Origin: an uncultured bacterium
Lineage (GTDB): Bacteria > Chloroflexota > UBA5177 > JANWHV01
Assembly: GCA_963827235.1 (NCBI GenBank)
Contig: CAWHAE010000016.1
Span: forward strand, 352,001 to 416,000
Direction of reading: 5' to 3'
Length of the DNA: 64,000 bases
Part shown: one piece after another, positions 10,010 through 20,262 of the stretch
How the letters are laid out: the number at the start of each line of letters is the position of its first letter
How positions within the stretch are numbered: position 1 is the first letter of the stretch
Notes under the pieces: generated by a model
What the model saw: the letters and a program-made list of their open reading frames with translations, nothing else
What the model was told of the DNA's origin: nothing
Database searches by the model: none
Position numbers and translations under genes: made by a program

Positions 10010-10972
10010 TTGTCTCCCGTCACGTCGAGGAAATACTGCTCGAGACTCTGTTCCTGCACGCGCAAGCCTGAGAGGTACAGGCCGCGCTCCGCGAGCACAC
10101 GCGTCACCTCGGCTGCCCTGGCGCCAGGTGCGGCCACTGTCAGGTGGCCGTCTCCTCGTGTGACCTCGCCGAGCAGGGCCGAGCGGAGAATGTTCTCTGC
10201 TTCATCCAGCCGCTCCACGCGCACTTCCAGGAAGTCGCGACTGCCGAGCAGATCGCTCACTGTGCCCTGCACGACCACCCGTCCCCGGTTCAGTATGGCA
10301 ACGCGATCGCAAATCTGCTCTATCTCGTGCAGCACGTGGCTGGAGATGAAGACGGTATGCCCGCCGGCCCTGAGCTGGCGCATCAGGTCTCGCATCTCCA
10401 CAATTCCAGCAGGATCGAGCCCGTTAGCCGGCTCGTCGAGGATGAGCAGGTCGGGATCATGCAGCATGGAGGCGCCAACGGCCAAGCGCTGCTTCATGCC
10501 CAGCGAGTAGGTCTTGAACGCGCGGTCGGCCGCACCGGAGAGGTCCATGAGGTCGATGATGTCGTTCACTCGGTTCTCTCGAGTGTGCGTGAGCCGCGCC
10601 ATGGCTCTCAGGTTGTCGCGGCCGGACAGGTATGGATAGAAGGTCGGACTCTCGATGATGGCGCCCGTACGCTTCAGGATCGACGGGAGCGCCGACGCGA
10701 TGTCCATGCCCAGCACCTGTGCTCGCCCTGACGTTGGGCGGAATCAGGCCGAGCAGCATGCGCATCGTCGTCGTTTTGCCCGCGCCGTTCGGCCCCAAGA
10801 ATCCGAAGATCTCGCCCCGCGCGACCGTGAGGTCCAGGCCATCGACGGCGAGGACATGGCCGTACGCCTTGGTCAAGCCGTGGGTTTGAATGGCCGGTCC
10901 CTCGCGGCCCGGCACCGAGTCCGCACCAGCATTCGGGCCGAGAGCCGGACTCTGCCGCAGTGTCGACACCAT
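10006..10972 (-). CDS. ABC transporter ATP-binding protein, one frameshift near 10740
   Basis: Walker [10 protein letters not shown] is in one frame; [14 protein letters not shown] and SSH are in another. Removing one base at GGC CTG ATT C CGC restores [14 protein letters not shown]. Confidence 0.88.
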
Positions 10973-11409
10973 TGACGTCTTGCTCCTTCGCTGCATAATT
11001 CACCCGATGGTGCGCGCTCTATCGAGTAGGAGCACCGCGAGGTGGTGTTGAGTGACACGTCGGGCGGTGGCGCACGTGTTCTCAACTCCTCCAGCGTAGT
11101 CCGGCACCAGGGAAAGAACATGAACGAGAGGTGGCAGCTTTGTGGAGAAACTGTGAAGCGATGAGTCCGGCCTGGCAGCGCGATAGACACGCTGCCGGGG
11201 CCTCGCGGGCCGGCCCAACGGTTCCGAGCGAACCGGTCGAATGAGTGCACAGGCTCAGCGCGGGCTTCGCGGCCATGGCAATGAAGATAAGCCAGGTGGC
11301 GGACGGTGCGTGCACTCAGCGTCGAGCACGCGGCGCGCTGCCAGGCGCCAATCACGCAACTGGCGTACGCAGGTTGAGGCACATGACGCAGAGTCGCGAG
11401 TCACTCAAC

Positions 11410-11441
11410 AGCAAGGCCCGCCTTCGAGGCGGGCCTTGCTA
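11410..11441. terminator. Hairpin downstream of the S1-domain gene
   Basis: AGCAAGGCCCGCC-TTCGA-GGCGGGCCTTGCT. Confidence 0.7.
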
Positions 11442-11472
11442 CGCTTCAGGCTAGGCAATCGCTAAGAAGGAT

Positions 11473-12273
11473 TTACCGGTTCGACTCGCGCCGTCCAAAT
11501 CGTGCCACCAACTCCTCGGCCGTGGTCGGAGCCGGCTCCTCTTCAGCATCTTCCGAATAGCTGTAGTAGTTGCGCGGATCGCCACGAACCGACCGCCATT
11601 CCTCGTCTGCGCTATCCCGCCGCGCCGGGATCGCTCGCCACGGTTCTTCGGACGGTCTTCATTCTTATTGGCGAAGCCGCGGTCACCGCCTCGGAAACGC
11701 CGATCAGGACGCTGCTCGGTCGACGGTTCCGGCGTCCACGAGGGCGTCTGCCCGGGGGTGCCGCGGGCTCTTGGCGGCCGTGGGTGCCACAGGTGCCGTA
11801 CGATCGCGCTGGACGGTGGTCGCCGGGCGAGGCTCGCGCATGCTCAAGGCTGACACGCCCGCGCTCCATATCGACTTCGGCAATGCGAACCCGAACCACC
11901 TGGCCAACCTGGACGACATCCTCGACACGCTCAACGTACCCACCGGTACCAAGCTGGGACACGTGGACCAAGCCATCGACGCCGCCAAGGTCGACGAAGG
12001 CGCCAAAGCCGGCAATGCCCGTGACTTTGCCCTCGCGCCACTCGCCCACGACCAGGCTGGAAAGCGCTTCACGCCGTCTGCGCTCTCGCTCTTCGCGGGA
12101 GACATACGGAGCGCGCGGTCCACGGCAGCGCGATGCTGTGCCGGTGGCACTTGTGGCTGGTCGGTGCGAGTGGCTTGAGATGGGGGAGCTGTGGTTTCCG
12201 CTGATACCGTCGGATCGGGCCCGGTCGCCTCGGAACTGTCGCCTGAGTGATTTGCTATTTCCGGATTGGACAA
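11473..12273 (-). CDS. Single S1 RNA-binding domain protein with low-complexity flanks; several frameshifts
   Basis: S1 core GEWREGKVTGIAGFGAFVDLGGVDGLVHVSQL..VGQVVRVRIAEVDMERGRVSL; TTG start at 12273 with GAAGGAAG RBS; C-terminal ..AEELVARFGRRESNR* at 11473 in another frame. Confidence 0.7.
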
Positions 12274-12804
12274 GTTCTTCCTTCTTTGCGCTGCCGCCTC
12301 AACACTCGACCCATGTCACTATCGATGAAAGGGGCGCGTCAAGCCCGCATGCTACAAGGCGGTGATCCACACCCCACCGAATCCAAGGGACCACTTTCAA
12401 AAGTATATCACAGGACCTCGTTCGCGTGTCCAGGACCCAATCGCCAATTCGCGTGCTTAAGACCGCAACGCGCCACTCAGCCCGCCTGTTCGCCCTTAAG
12501 CCTGCAACGTCCGGTGCCGCCTGTGCATGGGCCCGGCCAGGAGGGCCACCTCACTGCGTAGACCGTGAGCCTGCCGCCAGAATACGTTGTCACACTGACG
12601 CCCGCAACGGCGGTACAGTCAAGCATACTCACTATGTACATCTCTGGGGGACTGCCGAAAGTACGCTTTCGAAACTGTCCTGGATTGCAGTACTCTAGGG
12701 AGAGAACGACAACTCGGCTCGACGCGGTTGTAGCGGATGAAGCGGTGCGTAGTCCCATTGCAACGCGTTCGGGGCGCTTTAGCATAGTACATTGAGGGCG
12801 AAGA

Positions 12805-14917
12805 GTGGTTGAAACAGCCCAGGTCGGTTGGTCGATGGCGCTACCGGCGCGTATCGAGCGACTCGCGGAATTGGCGCGGAATCTCTGGTGGTGTTGGAAC
12901 CCTAACGCCGAACGACTTGTTCAGCTCTCTGGACGCCCGGCTGTGGGACCCTATGTCCCACAATCCAATCAGGATCATGCGGAGCCTGTCCGCCGATCGC
13001 CTGCAAGCTCTGGCCGACGATCCTGAGTTTGTAGCTCAGTATGAAGGTGTCGTTCGCGACTTCGACACCTACATGGCGTTGTCGAAGCGAGCATGGTTTC
13101 CCACGCGATACCCGCAGATCCAAGCTCCTCGTTGCCTACTTCTGCGCCGAGTTTGGCTTCCATGAGTCCATGCCGGTCTACTCCGGAGGTCTCGGCATTC
13201 TAGCCGGCGACCACTGCAAGACGGCCAGCGACCTCGGATTGCCGTTCGTGGCCATCGGACTCTGGTACACGCAGGGGTATTTCGGCAGATCATCGACGCC
13301 GCCGGCCAGCAGATAGCGGCGCCCGATCACGTCAGTCAGGAGGACGCACCTCTTCAGGCCGCCGGGCCAGATGGCCAGGATCTGATCATCGAGGTGCCTT
13401 GCGCGGACCGCACGGTCTTCGCCCGCGTGTGGCGGGTACAGGTGGGACGTGTCGCGGCTTACTTGCTTGATACCGACGTTCTGCAGAACACGCCGGCCGA
13501 CCGCTTCCTTTGCTCCCGACTCTATGGAGGCGACAAGGAAACCAGGATCGCGCAGGAGGTGATTCTTGGCGTTGGCGGCGTGCTAGCCCTGCGCGCACTG
13601 CACGTCGAGCCGACCTGCTGGCACATGAACGAGGGACACGCCGGATTCATGGCCCTCGAGCGCATCCGGGAAATGGTCCGTGACGGCAAGGCTTTCAAGG
13701 ATGCCTTGCGTGCCGAAGTGCGGTCGACACTGTTTACGACGCATACCCCGGTTCCTGCCGGCAACGAGGTATTCTCCAACGATCTCGTGATGCGCTATCT
13801 GCCCGGATTGCCGGAAGCGATGGGCCTGACGACGGAAGAGTTCCTTGCCCTGGCCCAGGAGGCGGGAGCGCCTCCTGGGCAGTTCGCCATGTCGCCGCTC
13901 GCGATCCGACTGTCCGGGCATGCGAACGGCGTCAGCAAGCTTCATGGCGCCGTGGCACGGGCGATGTGGGCAAAGCAATTTCCCAAACTGGACGTGGACG
14001 ACGTGCCGATTACGTCCGTTACCAACGGCGTGCACACTGGCACATGGCTGGCGCCCGAGATGCGCGACCTCCTCACCCGCTACCTGGGTTCCGGCTGGAT
14101 GCACAAAGTCGACAATGCCAAGATGTGGGCCGCTCTGGAGAGCGTCCCCGACTCCGAGCTTTGGGCGGTTCACCAGACGCTCAAGCGGCGCCTGATCGAG
14201 GTAGCCTCCGCGCTCCGGCCGGGAGCGCCGCCCCTCGACCCCGACTTGCTCACGATCGGCTTTGCACGGCGTTTCGCCACCTACAAGCGTGCCACTCTCT
14301 TCTTCCACGATGCGGATCGTGCGGCACGAATATTGCGGCAGATCGACCGGCCCGTTCAGCTCGTCTTTGCCGGCAAAGCCCACCCCGCGGACGGCGGTGG
14401 ACAGTGGCTCATCAAGGTCCTCTCAGGCCTTGCCAATGCCGACGAGTTCTCCGGCAAGGTCGTGTTGCTGCCCAGCTACGACATCAGCCTCGCGCGCTCC
14501 CTCGTGCAGGGAGTGGATGTGTGGCTCAACAACCCTGAGCGCCCGCAGGAGGCAAGCGGCACCAGTGGGCAGAAAGCGGCGCTCAACGGCGTGCCCAACT
14601 GCAGCATCCGGGACGGCTGGTGGGACGAAGGGTATAACGGAAAGAACGGCTGGGCGTTTGGTGCCGAAGTAGGTAATGACGACTTGGACAGCGCCGAGCT
14701 GTACGACGTGCTTGAGACCCAAGTCATCCCTGCGTACTACGACCGCGCCGGCAGCGGCTTACCAACGCAGTGGATCGCCATCATGAAGGAGGCCATGCGC
14801 ACATGCGCACCTACCTTCAGCGCTCAGCGCATGCTGAAGGAATACACTACACGCCTCTACCTTTCAGCCCGGCTCGTCATGACGCTACGCAGACACGCAA
14901 GGCCTGTCTCCGGCTAG
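12805..14917 (+). CDS. glgP: Alpha-glucan (glycogen/starch) phosphorylase, frameshifted near 12910, 13118, 13283 and probably 14870
   Basis: [61 protein letters not shown] and PLP-site EASGTSGQK, spread over three frames. Confidence 0.92.
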
Positions 14918-14933
14918 AGAGACAGGCCTTGCG
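14896..14933. terminator. Hairpin between convergent glgP and infC
   Basis: CGCAAGGCCTGTCTC / GAGACAGGCCTTGCG 15-bp stem. Confidence 0.7.
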
Positions 14934-14969
14934 ATTCTCGGTACGCCACCGGCCACCCACACGGCGCGG

Positions 14970-15593
14970 CTACACGCTTGGGGAGATTGTCTCCGCCCCT
15001 GGACTAACGTGTTCACCGTGTGCCGACGACGGGGTAGGTTTCGGCCGCTTGGCCACCGTCGAACTTGGCGCAAGCACGAGCGTCATCTGACGACCTTCTG
15101 CAAGGACGTCGCGCTCGATTCTGCCGACGTCCCCCACCTTGGACGCCATCTCCACCAGTACCTTCCGGCCCCAGTCGGGGTGCGCCTGTTCGCGGCCTCG
15201 CATACGCAATGTCAGCTGAACTCGGTCACCATCCTGAAGCCATTTCGTAATCGCGCGAAGCTTCGTCTCCAGGTCGTGCTCGTCAGTCTTGGGACGGACC
15301 CGCACTTCCTTGATCACTACTTTGCTCTGGTTCTTGCGCGCCTCGCGCTCCTTACGGGACTGCTCATACTGTTGCCGCCCGTAATCAAGTATTCGGCAGA
15401 CAGGAGGCTGAGCCAGAGGCGAAACCTCAACGAGGTCCAAGTTGCGCTCATGCGCAACCCGCAACGCCTCCACAATCGGCATCTGACCAAGCTGACTGCC
15501 GTCGGAGTCGATAACGAGCACGACGCGGGCACGAATCTGTTCGTTGATGCGGACCTGATTCCGCGGCCCGCGACGATCTTCGCTCGGCCTCAC
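14970..15593 (-). CDS. infC: Translation initiation factor IF-3 (divergent)
   Basis: RINEQIR, LDLVEVSP..PPVCRILDYG, HDLETK, RGRE, EGRQMTLVLAP. Confidence 0.92.
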   Translation of the reverse strand: MRPSEDRRGPRNQVRINEQIRARVVLVIDSDGSQLGQMPIVEALRVAHERNLDLVEVSPLAQPPVCRILDYGRQQYEQSRKEREARKNQSKVVIKEVRVRPKTDEHDLETKLRAITKWLQDGDRVQLTLRMRGREQAHPDWGRKVLVEMASKVGDVGRIERDVLAEGRQMTLVLAPSSTVAKRPKPTPSSAHGEHVSPGAETISPSV

Positions 15594-15934
15594 CGGCTAC
15601 CGCTAAACGATCCCGCCCGAATCTGGGCGAAGCAGTCACTGCAATACACCGGTCGGTCGCCACGAGGAACAAACGGAACCTGCGTAGGGCTTCCGCACTG
15701 GGCGCATGTAGCCTCAGTCATCTGCCGCGGTCCACGCTCGTAACTGCCATATCCACCCGAACTGTAGCTTGAGCGCCCGCCCTCGACGCGACCGGATTTG
15801 TAAATCCGGCGGCACTCCGGGCACCTCCGCGGTGTGTTTTCCAGCCCCTTGCTGGCATAGAACTCCTGCTCGCCAACTGTGAACGTGAATGTGTTCCCAC
15901 AGTCACGGCAGGTTAGTTCGCGGTCTTGATACAT
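15590..15934 (-). CDS. Zinc-ribbon protein with CxxC-x17-CxxC domain
   Basis: MYQDRELTCRDCG..FTVGEQEFYASKG..PRRCPECR..CAQCG..VPFVPRGDRPVYCSDCF; GAGGAG RBS. Confidence 0.93.
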   Translation of the reverse strand: MYQDRELTCRDCGNTFTFTVGEQEFYASKGLENTPRRCPECRRIYKSGRVEGGRSSYSSGGYGSYERGPRQMTEATCAQCGSPTQVPFVPRGDRPVYCSDCFAQIRAGSFSGSR

Positions 15935-15970
15935 GCAATGCTCCTCGTGCTTCCGACTTGGCTGCTGCCT

Positions 15971-16083
15971 AGCGAACTGGAAACCACTGAAAACGCGGAC
16001 GCGCTGCCACCTCTGGCGGGTGGAGGCCAAAGAAGCAACAATCATCCCACGTTTCAGCACCCAGCTCGCCTACCATTATACCA
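15971..16083 (-). promoter_or_regulatory. Extended -10 promoter and long leader hairpin of the zinc-ribbon/infC operon
   Basis: TGgTATAAT at 16083-16075, then a ~100-nt imperfect stem-loop at 16070-15971, folded by hand. Confidence 0.6.
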
Positions 16084-16146
16084 CAGCATAGCAGGCTTCC
16101 AAGAGTGCAACCGAGTGAAAATGGGCACCAGATCGATGTGACCGCC

Positions 16147-16773
16147 TCAAACCTGCCCGGTGAGGCCGCCGGCGATTTCCGCTGCGCTCATCGCTCCGAC
16201 GTAGATGGCTCTCACCCGGCCCGACGGATCTACAAGCAACGACGTGGGCAGCTCGCCCACGTGGTAGCGTACCATCACCGCCAGCGTCGTGTCGACCATG
16301 ATGGGGTACGTCACGTGCAACCCCGACACGAATCGGCCAACCGACTCACTCGAGTCCAGGTCACCGTCGACGCCAAGGATCGTGGGGTGATTCCCAGCCG
16401 TCAAGCTGCGATTGTTCAGCTCGGCAAATATGTGCTCCAGCGCCGGCATCTCGGAGCGGCATGGCGGGCACGTTACGCCCCAGAAGTTCAGCAACACCCA
16501 GCGCCCGCGCAACCGCGAGAGCTGCACGCGCCGGCCCTGGAGGTCCTTCAAGGCAAAGTCCGGTGCCGGCTCACCCAGAGCAATGCCGGGCAGCGGAGAC
16601 ACCGTCGCGCGACCCCCGGTGGCAGGGCGAAGCAACAAGATAGCCACGGCGATCAAGCACAACGCCAAGCAGCATCCGGAGATCGCTAATCGCGCCCTGC
16701 CAGGTGCTCGGCTTTCGGCACAATTGGTCGTGATGCGCCAAACACCCATACCCTGCACCGGGGTTCTCGCCAT
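16147..16773 (-). CDS. TlpA/ResA-family thiol-disulfide oxidoreductase, membrane-anchored
   Basis: APDFAL, LNFWGVTCPPCRSEMP; N-terminal TM helix. Confidence 0.9.
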   Translation of the reverse strand: MARTPVQGMGVWRITTNCAESRAPGRARLAISGCCLALCLIAVAILLLRPATGGRATVSPLPGIALGEPAPDFALKDLQGRRVQLSRLRGRWVLLNFWGVTCPPCRSEMPALEHIFAELNNRSLTAGNHPTILGVDGDLDSSESVGRFVSGLHVTYPIMVDTTLAVMVRYHVGELPTSLLVDPSGRVRAIYVGAMSAAEIAGGLTGQV

Positions 16774-16779
16774 CTGGGA

Positions 16780-17772
16780 TCACGACAGCGCGACCAACCG
16801 GTCGGCTACCATCGCGGCGAAGAGGAGGGCCAGATAGATGTTCGAATACACGAACAGGCTCTTGGCACGGATCTGCGAGCGATCGCGCAATAGCAGGCCG
16901 GCCTGCAGGAGAAACGCCACGCCGAGTGCCACGGCGACGAAGAGGTAGAGCGCACCCATAGCACCGACAGGATAAAGCGCCAGAGTGCTGCCAACGAGGA
17001 GCACGGAGTAGGCCAGGATGTTGGTGCATGTCTTGTCCAAGCCCTTGACCACCGGGAGCATGGGGATCGCCGCGCGCGAGTAATCGCGCCGGGTGAGTAG
17101 CGACAGTGACCAGAAGTGGGGGGGCGTCCACAAGGCGATGATCAGAAACAGCAGCACCGCCGGGAGCTCCACGTCATTGCGGGCCGCTGCCCAGCCCACT
17201 AGCGGCGGAACCGCGCCGGCCATGCCGCCGATCACGATGTTCTGCGGCGTGGCTCGCTTCAGCCAGCACGTGTATACGAATACGTAGAAGAGGTTGCCGG
17301 CCAGCGCCAGTGCAGCACTCAGCACGTTCACGCCGACGCCGAATACCACCGCCGAGCACGCCGTCAACACGAGCCCGAACAGCAGCACGGCACGCGGCTG
17401 CAGCCTGCCCGAGGGAAGAGGCCGGTTCCTCGTTCTCGCCATGAGCGCGTCTATGTCTCGATCGATGTATTGGTTGAGCGCGCCGGCCCCGCCGGCCGCG
17501 CATATGCCACCAACGGTGGTCAGCACCACGAGACGCACTATATCGAGGGCACCGAGCGGGCGGTTGCCTACGGCGATCAGAAGCGCTGCCAACGTCGTTA
17601 TGAGCAGCAGCACGAGAACGCGTGGCTTGAGCAAGGCCACGTAGTCGGCCAGCGTCGACGTACGCGATCGCTCGGCTGAAGCCGCCTCCATCGGGCGCAG
17701 GTCCGAGCCGTGGGGCGCAGCCAGCGTATTGGAAAGACCCACTGAGTTTCTCATCACCCTGCTGCTTTTCAC
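16780..17772 (-). CDS. ctaB: Protoheme IX farnesyltransferase (heme O synthase)
   Basis: LLKPRV, NQYIDRDIDALMARTRNRPLPSG, YTCWLKR, WTPPHFW. Confidence 0.95.
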   Translation of the reverse strand: MKSSRVMRNSVGLSNTLAAPHGSDLRPMEAASAERSRTSTLADYVALLKPRVLVLLLITTLAALLIAVGNRPLGALDIVRLVVLTTVGGICAAGGAGALNQYIDRDIDALMARTRNRPLPSGRLQPRAVLLFGLVLTACSAVVFGVGVNVLSAALALAGNLFYVFVYTCWLKRATPQNIVIGGMAGAVPPLVGWAAARNDVELPAVLLFLIIALWTPPHFWSLSLLTRRDYSRAAIPMLPVVKGLDKTCTNILAYSVLLVGSTLALYPVGAMGALYLFVAVALGVAFLLQAGLLLRDRSQIRAKSLFVYSNIYLALLFAAMVADRLVALS

Positions 17773-17841
17773 GACCTATCCTTCAAAGCTCAACCTTCGC
17801 CGCCTATCCGGCGGCAACCTACGTCCAGGGGTCGCCCTGCT

Positions 17842-18489
17842 TCATGGCACGGTCAGATAGAAGAGCGCGAAGAGGACCACCCACACGGCATCGACGAAGT
17901 GCCAGTATAGTGTGGCCGCGTGCGGCACCATGGTGTTCCTCTGGTTGTATCGTCCCTTCAGCGTGCCGGTCAGCAAGACGAGTAGAAAGATGACGCCGCC
18001 GGTCACGTGCACGCCATGCAGGCCTGTGAGGGTAAAGAACGTCGCTCCATAGGTGTTGGCTCCCATGGTCAGCGCATTCTTGCTGGTGATCAGGTTGTGG
18101 TATTCGTATGCCTGCCCCGACAGGAACACTACGCCGAGCACAATCGTGCTCACGAGAAGCGTGTACATCGCCCGCATGTTGCCACGGCGCAGCGCTTGAA
18201 AGGCGAAGTGCATCGTGACTCCGCTACTGAGCAGAATGACCGTGTTTACGGTAGGAAGCTGCCACTCGAACGGCTTCACGCCAGGAATCGGCGTGCAAGT
18301 TAACTGTGCGCATTTCTGTAGCGGCCAGTGCACGGCAGCGCGCCGGACGTAAAGGTACATGAATATCAGGCTGCCGAATAGCGCCATCTCCGATGTGAGA
18401 AAGCACATGATCCCCAGCAGCCCATTGCTGAGGCCGGAGTTGGTCCTGGCCCTATGGTGCGCCGTAATGGCTTCGCTTGTGGCACTCAT
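17842..18489 (-). CDS. ctaE: Cytochrome c oxidase subunit III
   Basis: FLTSEMALFG, NTVILLSS, FFTLTGLHGVHV, YWHFVDAVW. Confidence 0.93.
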   Translation of the reverse strand: MSATSEAITAHHRARTNSGLSNGLLGIMCFLTSEMALFGSLIFMYLYVRRAAVHWPLQKCAQLTCTPIPGVKPFEWQLPTVNTVILLSSGVTMHFAFQALRRGNMRAMYTLLVSTIVLGVVFLSGQAYEYHNLITSKNALTMGANTYGATFFTLTGLHGVHVTGGVIFLLVLLTGTLKGRYNQRNTMVPHAATLYWHFVDAVWVVLFALFYLTVP

Positions 18490-18530
18490 GCGCTATCCCT
18501 CTTCATGCAAGCACTGTCACGCATAGTCCG

Positions 18531-20216
18531 TTAGGAATGATGGTGGGACGTGGTATCGGACTCCGACGGTCCGAACCACGAGGCCGGTTGGCTGAACTCA
18601 TACGGCCCGGACGTAACCACGGGCGGCGTGGCAAAGTTCCCATGACCAGGCGGAGAAGGAACCGTCCATTCCAGCGTGCGCGCGCCCCACGGATTGGCCG
18701 GAGCCTTCTCCCCGCGCGCCAGGCTCACGGCAGCGTTGTAGAAAAAGATCAGGAACGACGCCCCGAGCACCATGGCCGAGAGGCTGATAAAGAGATTGAG
18801 GCCGGAGAACGCCGGGTCGTAGTCGGCGACCCTGCGCGGCATCCCAAGCAGCCCAACGATATGCATGGGAAAGAACGTGGCGTTGAAGCTCACGTACATG
18901 AACCAGAAGTGTATCTTCGACAGCCGCTCGTCAAGCATCCTGCCGGTCATCTTCGGCCACCACATGTATATACCGGAGAAGATGGCAAACACGCTGCCGC
19001 CGAACAACACGTAGTGCAGGTGCGCCACCAAGAAGTACGTGCCGTGCTCGTGCAGATCGGCAGGCACCGCGGCCAGAAATATGCCAGTAATGCCGCCCAG
19101 CGTGAATGTGGAGACGAAGCCGAGTGCGAACAGCAACGGCGACTCAAGGCGCAGCTTGCCCTCGAACAGCGTTGCCACCCAGCTGAACACCTTGATGCCG
19201 GTAGGCACTGCGATGATCATGGTGGCAATCATGAAATACGTCTCCAGCCACGGCTGGATTCCGCTGGTGAACATGTGATGCGCCCACACGAGGAATGCCA
19301 ATAGGCCGATCGCCGCGCTGGAGTAGGCTATCGCCTTATAGCCGAAGATCGGCTTGCGTGCAAACACCGGGATCACTTCCGAGATAATGCCCATGCCCGG
19401 AAGAATCATGATGTAGACGGCCGGGTGGGAGTAGAACCAGAACATATGTTGCCAGAGCAGCACGTTGCCGCCCTTGTCCGGATTGAAGAAGGGAATGCCG
19501 AACACGAGGGCAAGTAGCTGGATAGATAGGGCGCCGGCCAGGGCTGGAGTGACGACCAAGGTCAACACGACGGTCACAAGCACCGCCCAGACGAAGAGGG
19601 GCATCCGGTGCAGCGTCATGCCCCTGGCGCGCATGTTGACAATCGTGACAAGGAAGTTGATGGCCGTGATCGTCGATGATGTGCCCACAAGGATCGTGGC
19701 AATCAGCCAGCAGATCTGGCCGTAGTTGTGCGCCATGCCCACCGGCGCCTGCAGACTGAGCGGCGGATACGAAGTCCAGCCGGCCTGCGCCGCCGCGCCG
19801 CTAAGAAATCCGGCAAACATGATGATGCCGGCGGGGGGAAACAGAAGGTAACTGATCAGATTGAGCCGCGGGAACGCCACGTCACCGGCCCCGATCATCA
19901 GCGGCATCAGATAGTTGCCGAAGCCGCCGACGAGCATAGGGATGGTAAAGAGGAAGATCATCGCGGAGCCGTGCAGCGTGGTGAGCTGGTTAAAGACTTC
20001 CGGCGATACGACCTTGCTGCCGGGTTGTGCCAGGTTGAGACGAAGCACCTCGGCAAACAGGCCGGCCAAGATGAAGAACACGATGGACGTGTACATGTAG
20101 TTCAGACCGATTATCTTGTGGTCGGTGCTGAGTATGTACCGCTTGACCCACGCCTGCCAGCCGGATTGTGCATGGGGGTCGGCGTGCGCACCTACCCCAA
20201 CGGCTGTCGTTGCCAT
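18531..20216 (-). CDS. ctaD: Cytochrome c oxidase subunit I, A2 type
   Basis: TDHKIIG, GWTSYPPLS, WFYSHPAVYI, VWAHHMF, AHLHYV, GMPRR. Confidence 0.97.
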   Translation of the reverse strand: MATTAVGVGAHADPHAQSGWQAWVKRYILSTDHKIIGLNYMYTSIVFFILAGLFAEVLRLNLAQPGSKVVSPEVFNQLTTLHGSAMIFLFTIPMLVGGFGNYLMPLMIGAGDVAFPRLNLISYLLFPPAGIIMFAGFLSGAAAQAGWTSYPPLSLQAPVGMAHNYGQICWLIATILVGTSSTITAINFLVTIVNMRARGMTLHRMPLFVWAVLVTVVLTLVVTPALAGALSIQLLALVFGIPFFNPDKGGNVLLWQHMFWFYSHPAVYIMILPGMGIISEVIPVFARKPIFGYKAIAYSSAAIGLLAFLVWAHHMFTSGIQPWLETYFMIATMIIAVPTGIKVFSWVATLFEGKLRLESPLLFALGFVSTFTLGGITGIFLAAVPADLHEHGTYFLVAHLHYVLFGGSVFAIFSGIYMWWPKMTGRMLDERLSKIHFWFMYVSFNATFFPMHIVGLLGMPRRVADYDPAFSGLNLFISLSAMVLGASFLIFFYNAAVSLARGEKAPANPWGARTLEWTVPSPPGHGNFATPPVVTSGPYEFSQPASWFGPSESDTTSHHHS

Positions 20217-20262
20217 CCAGTGCCTCCCGCAATCGTGCTAGAATGCAGACTTGCCGGTCTGA

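Noticed and set aside
7174-11440. Possible genomic island at tRNA-Gln
   Set aside because: No integrase, no repeat of the tRNA 3' end and no obvious compositional shift.
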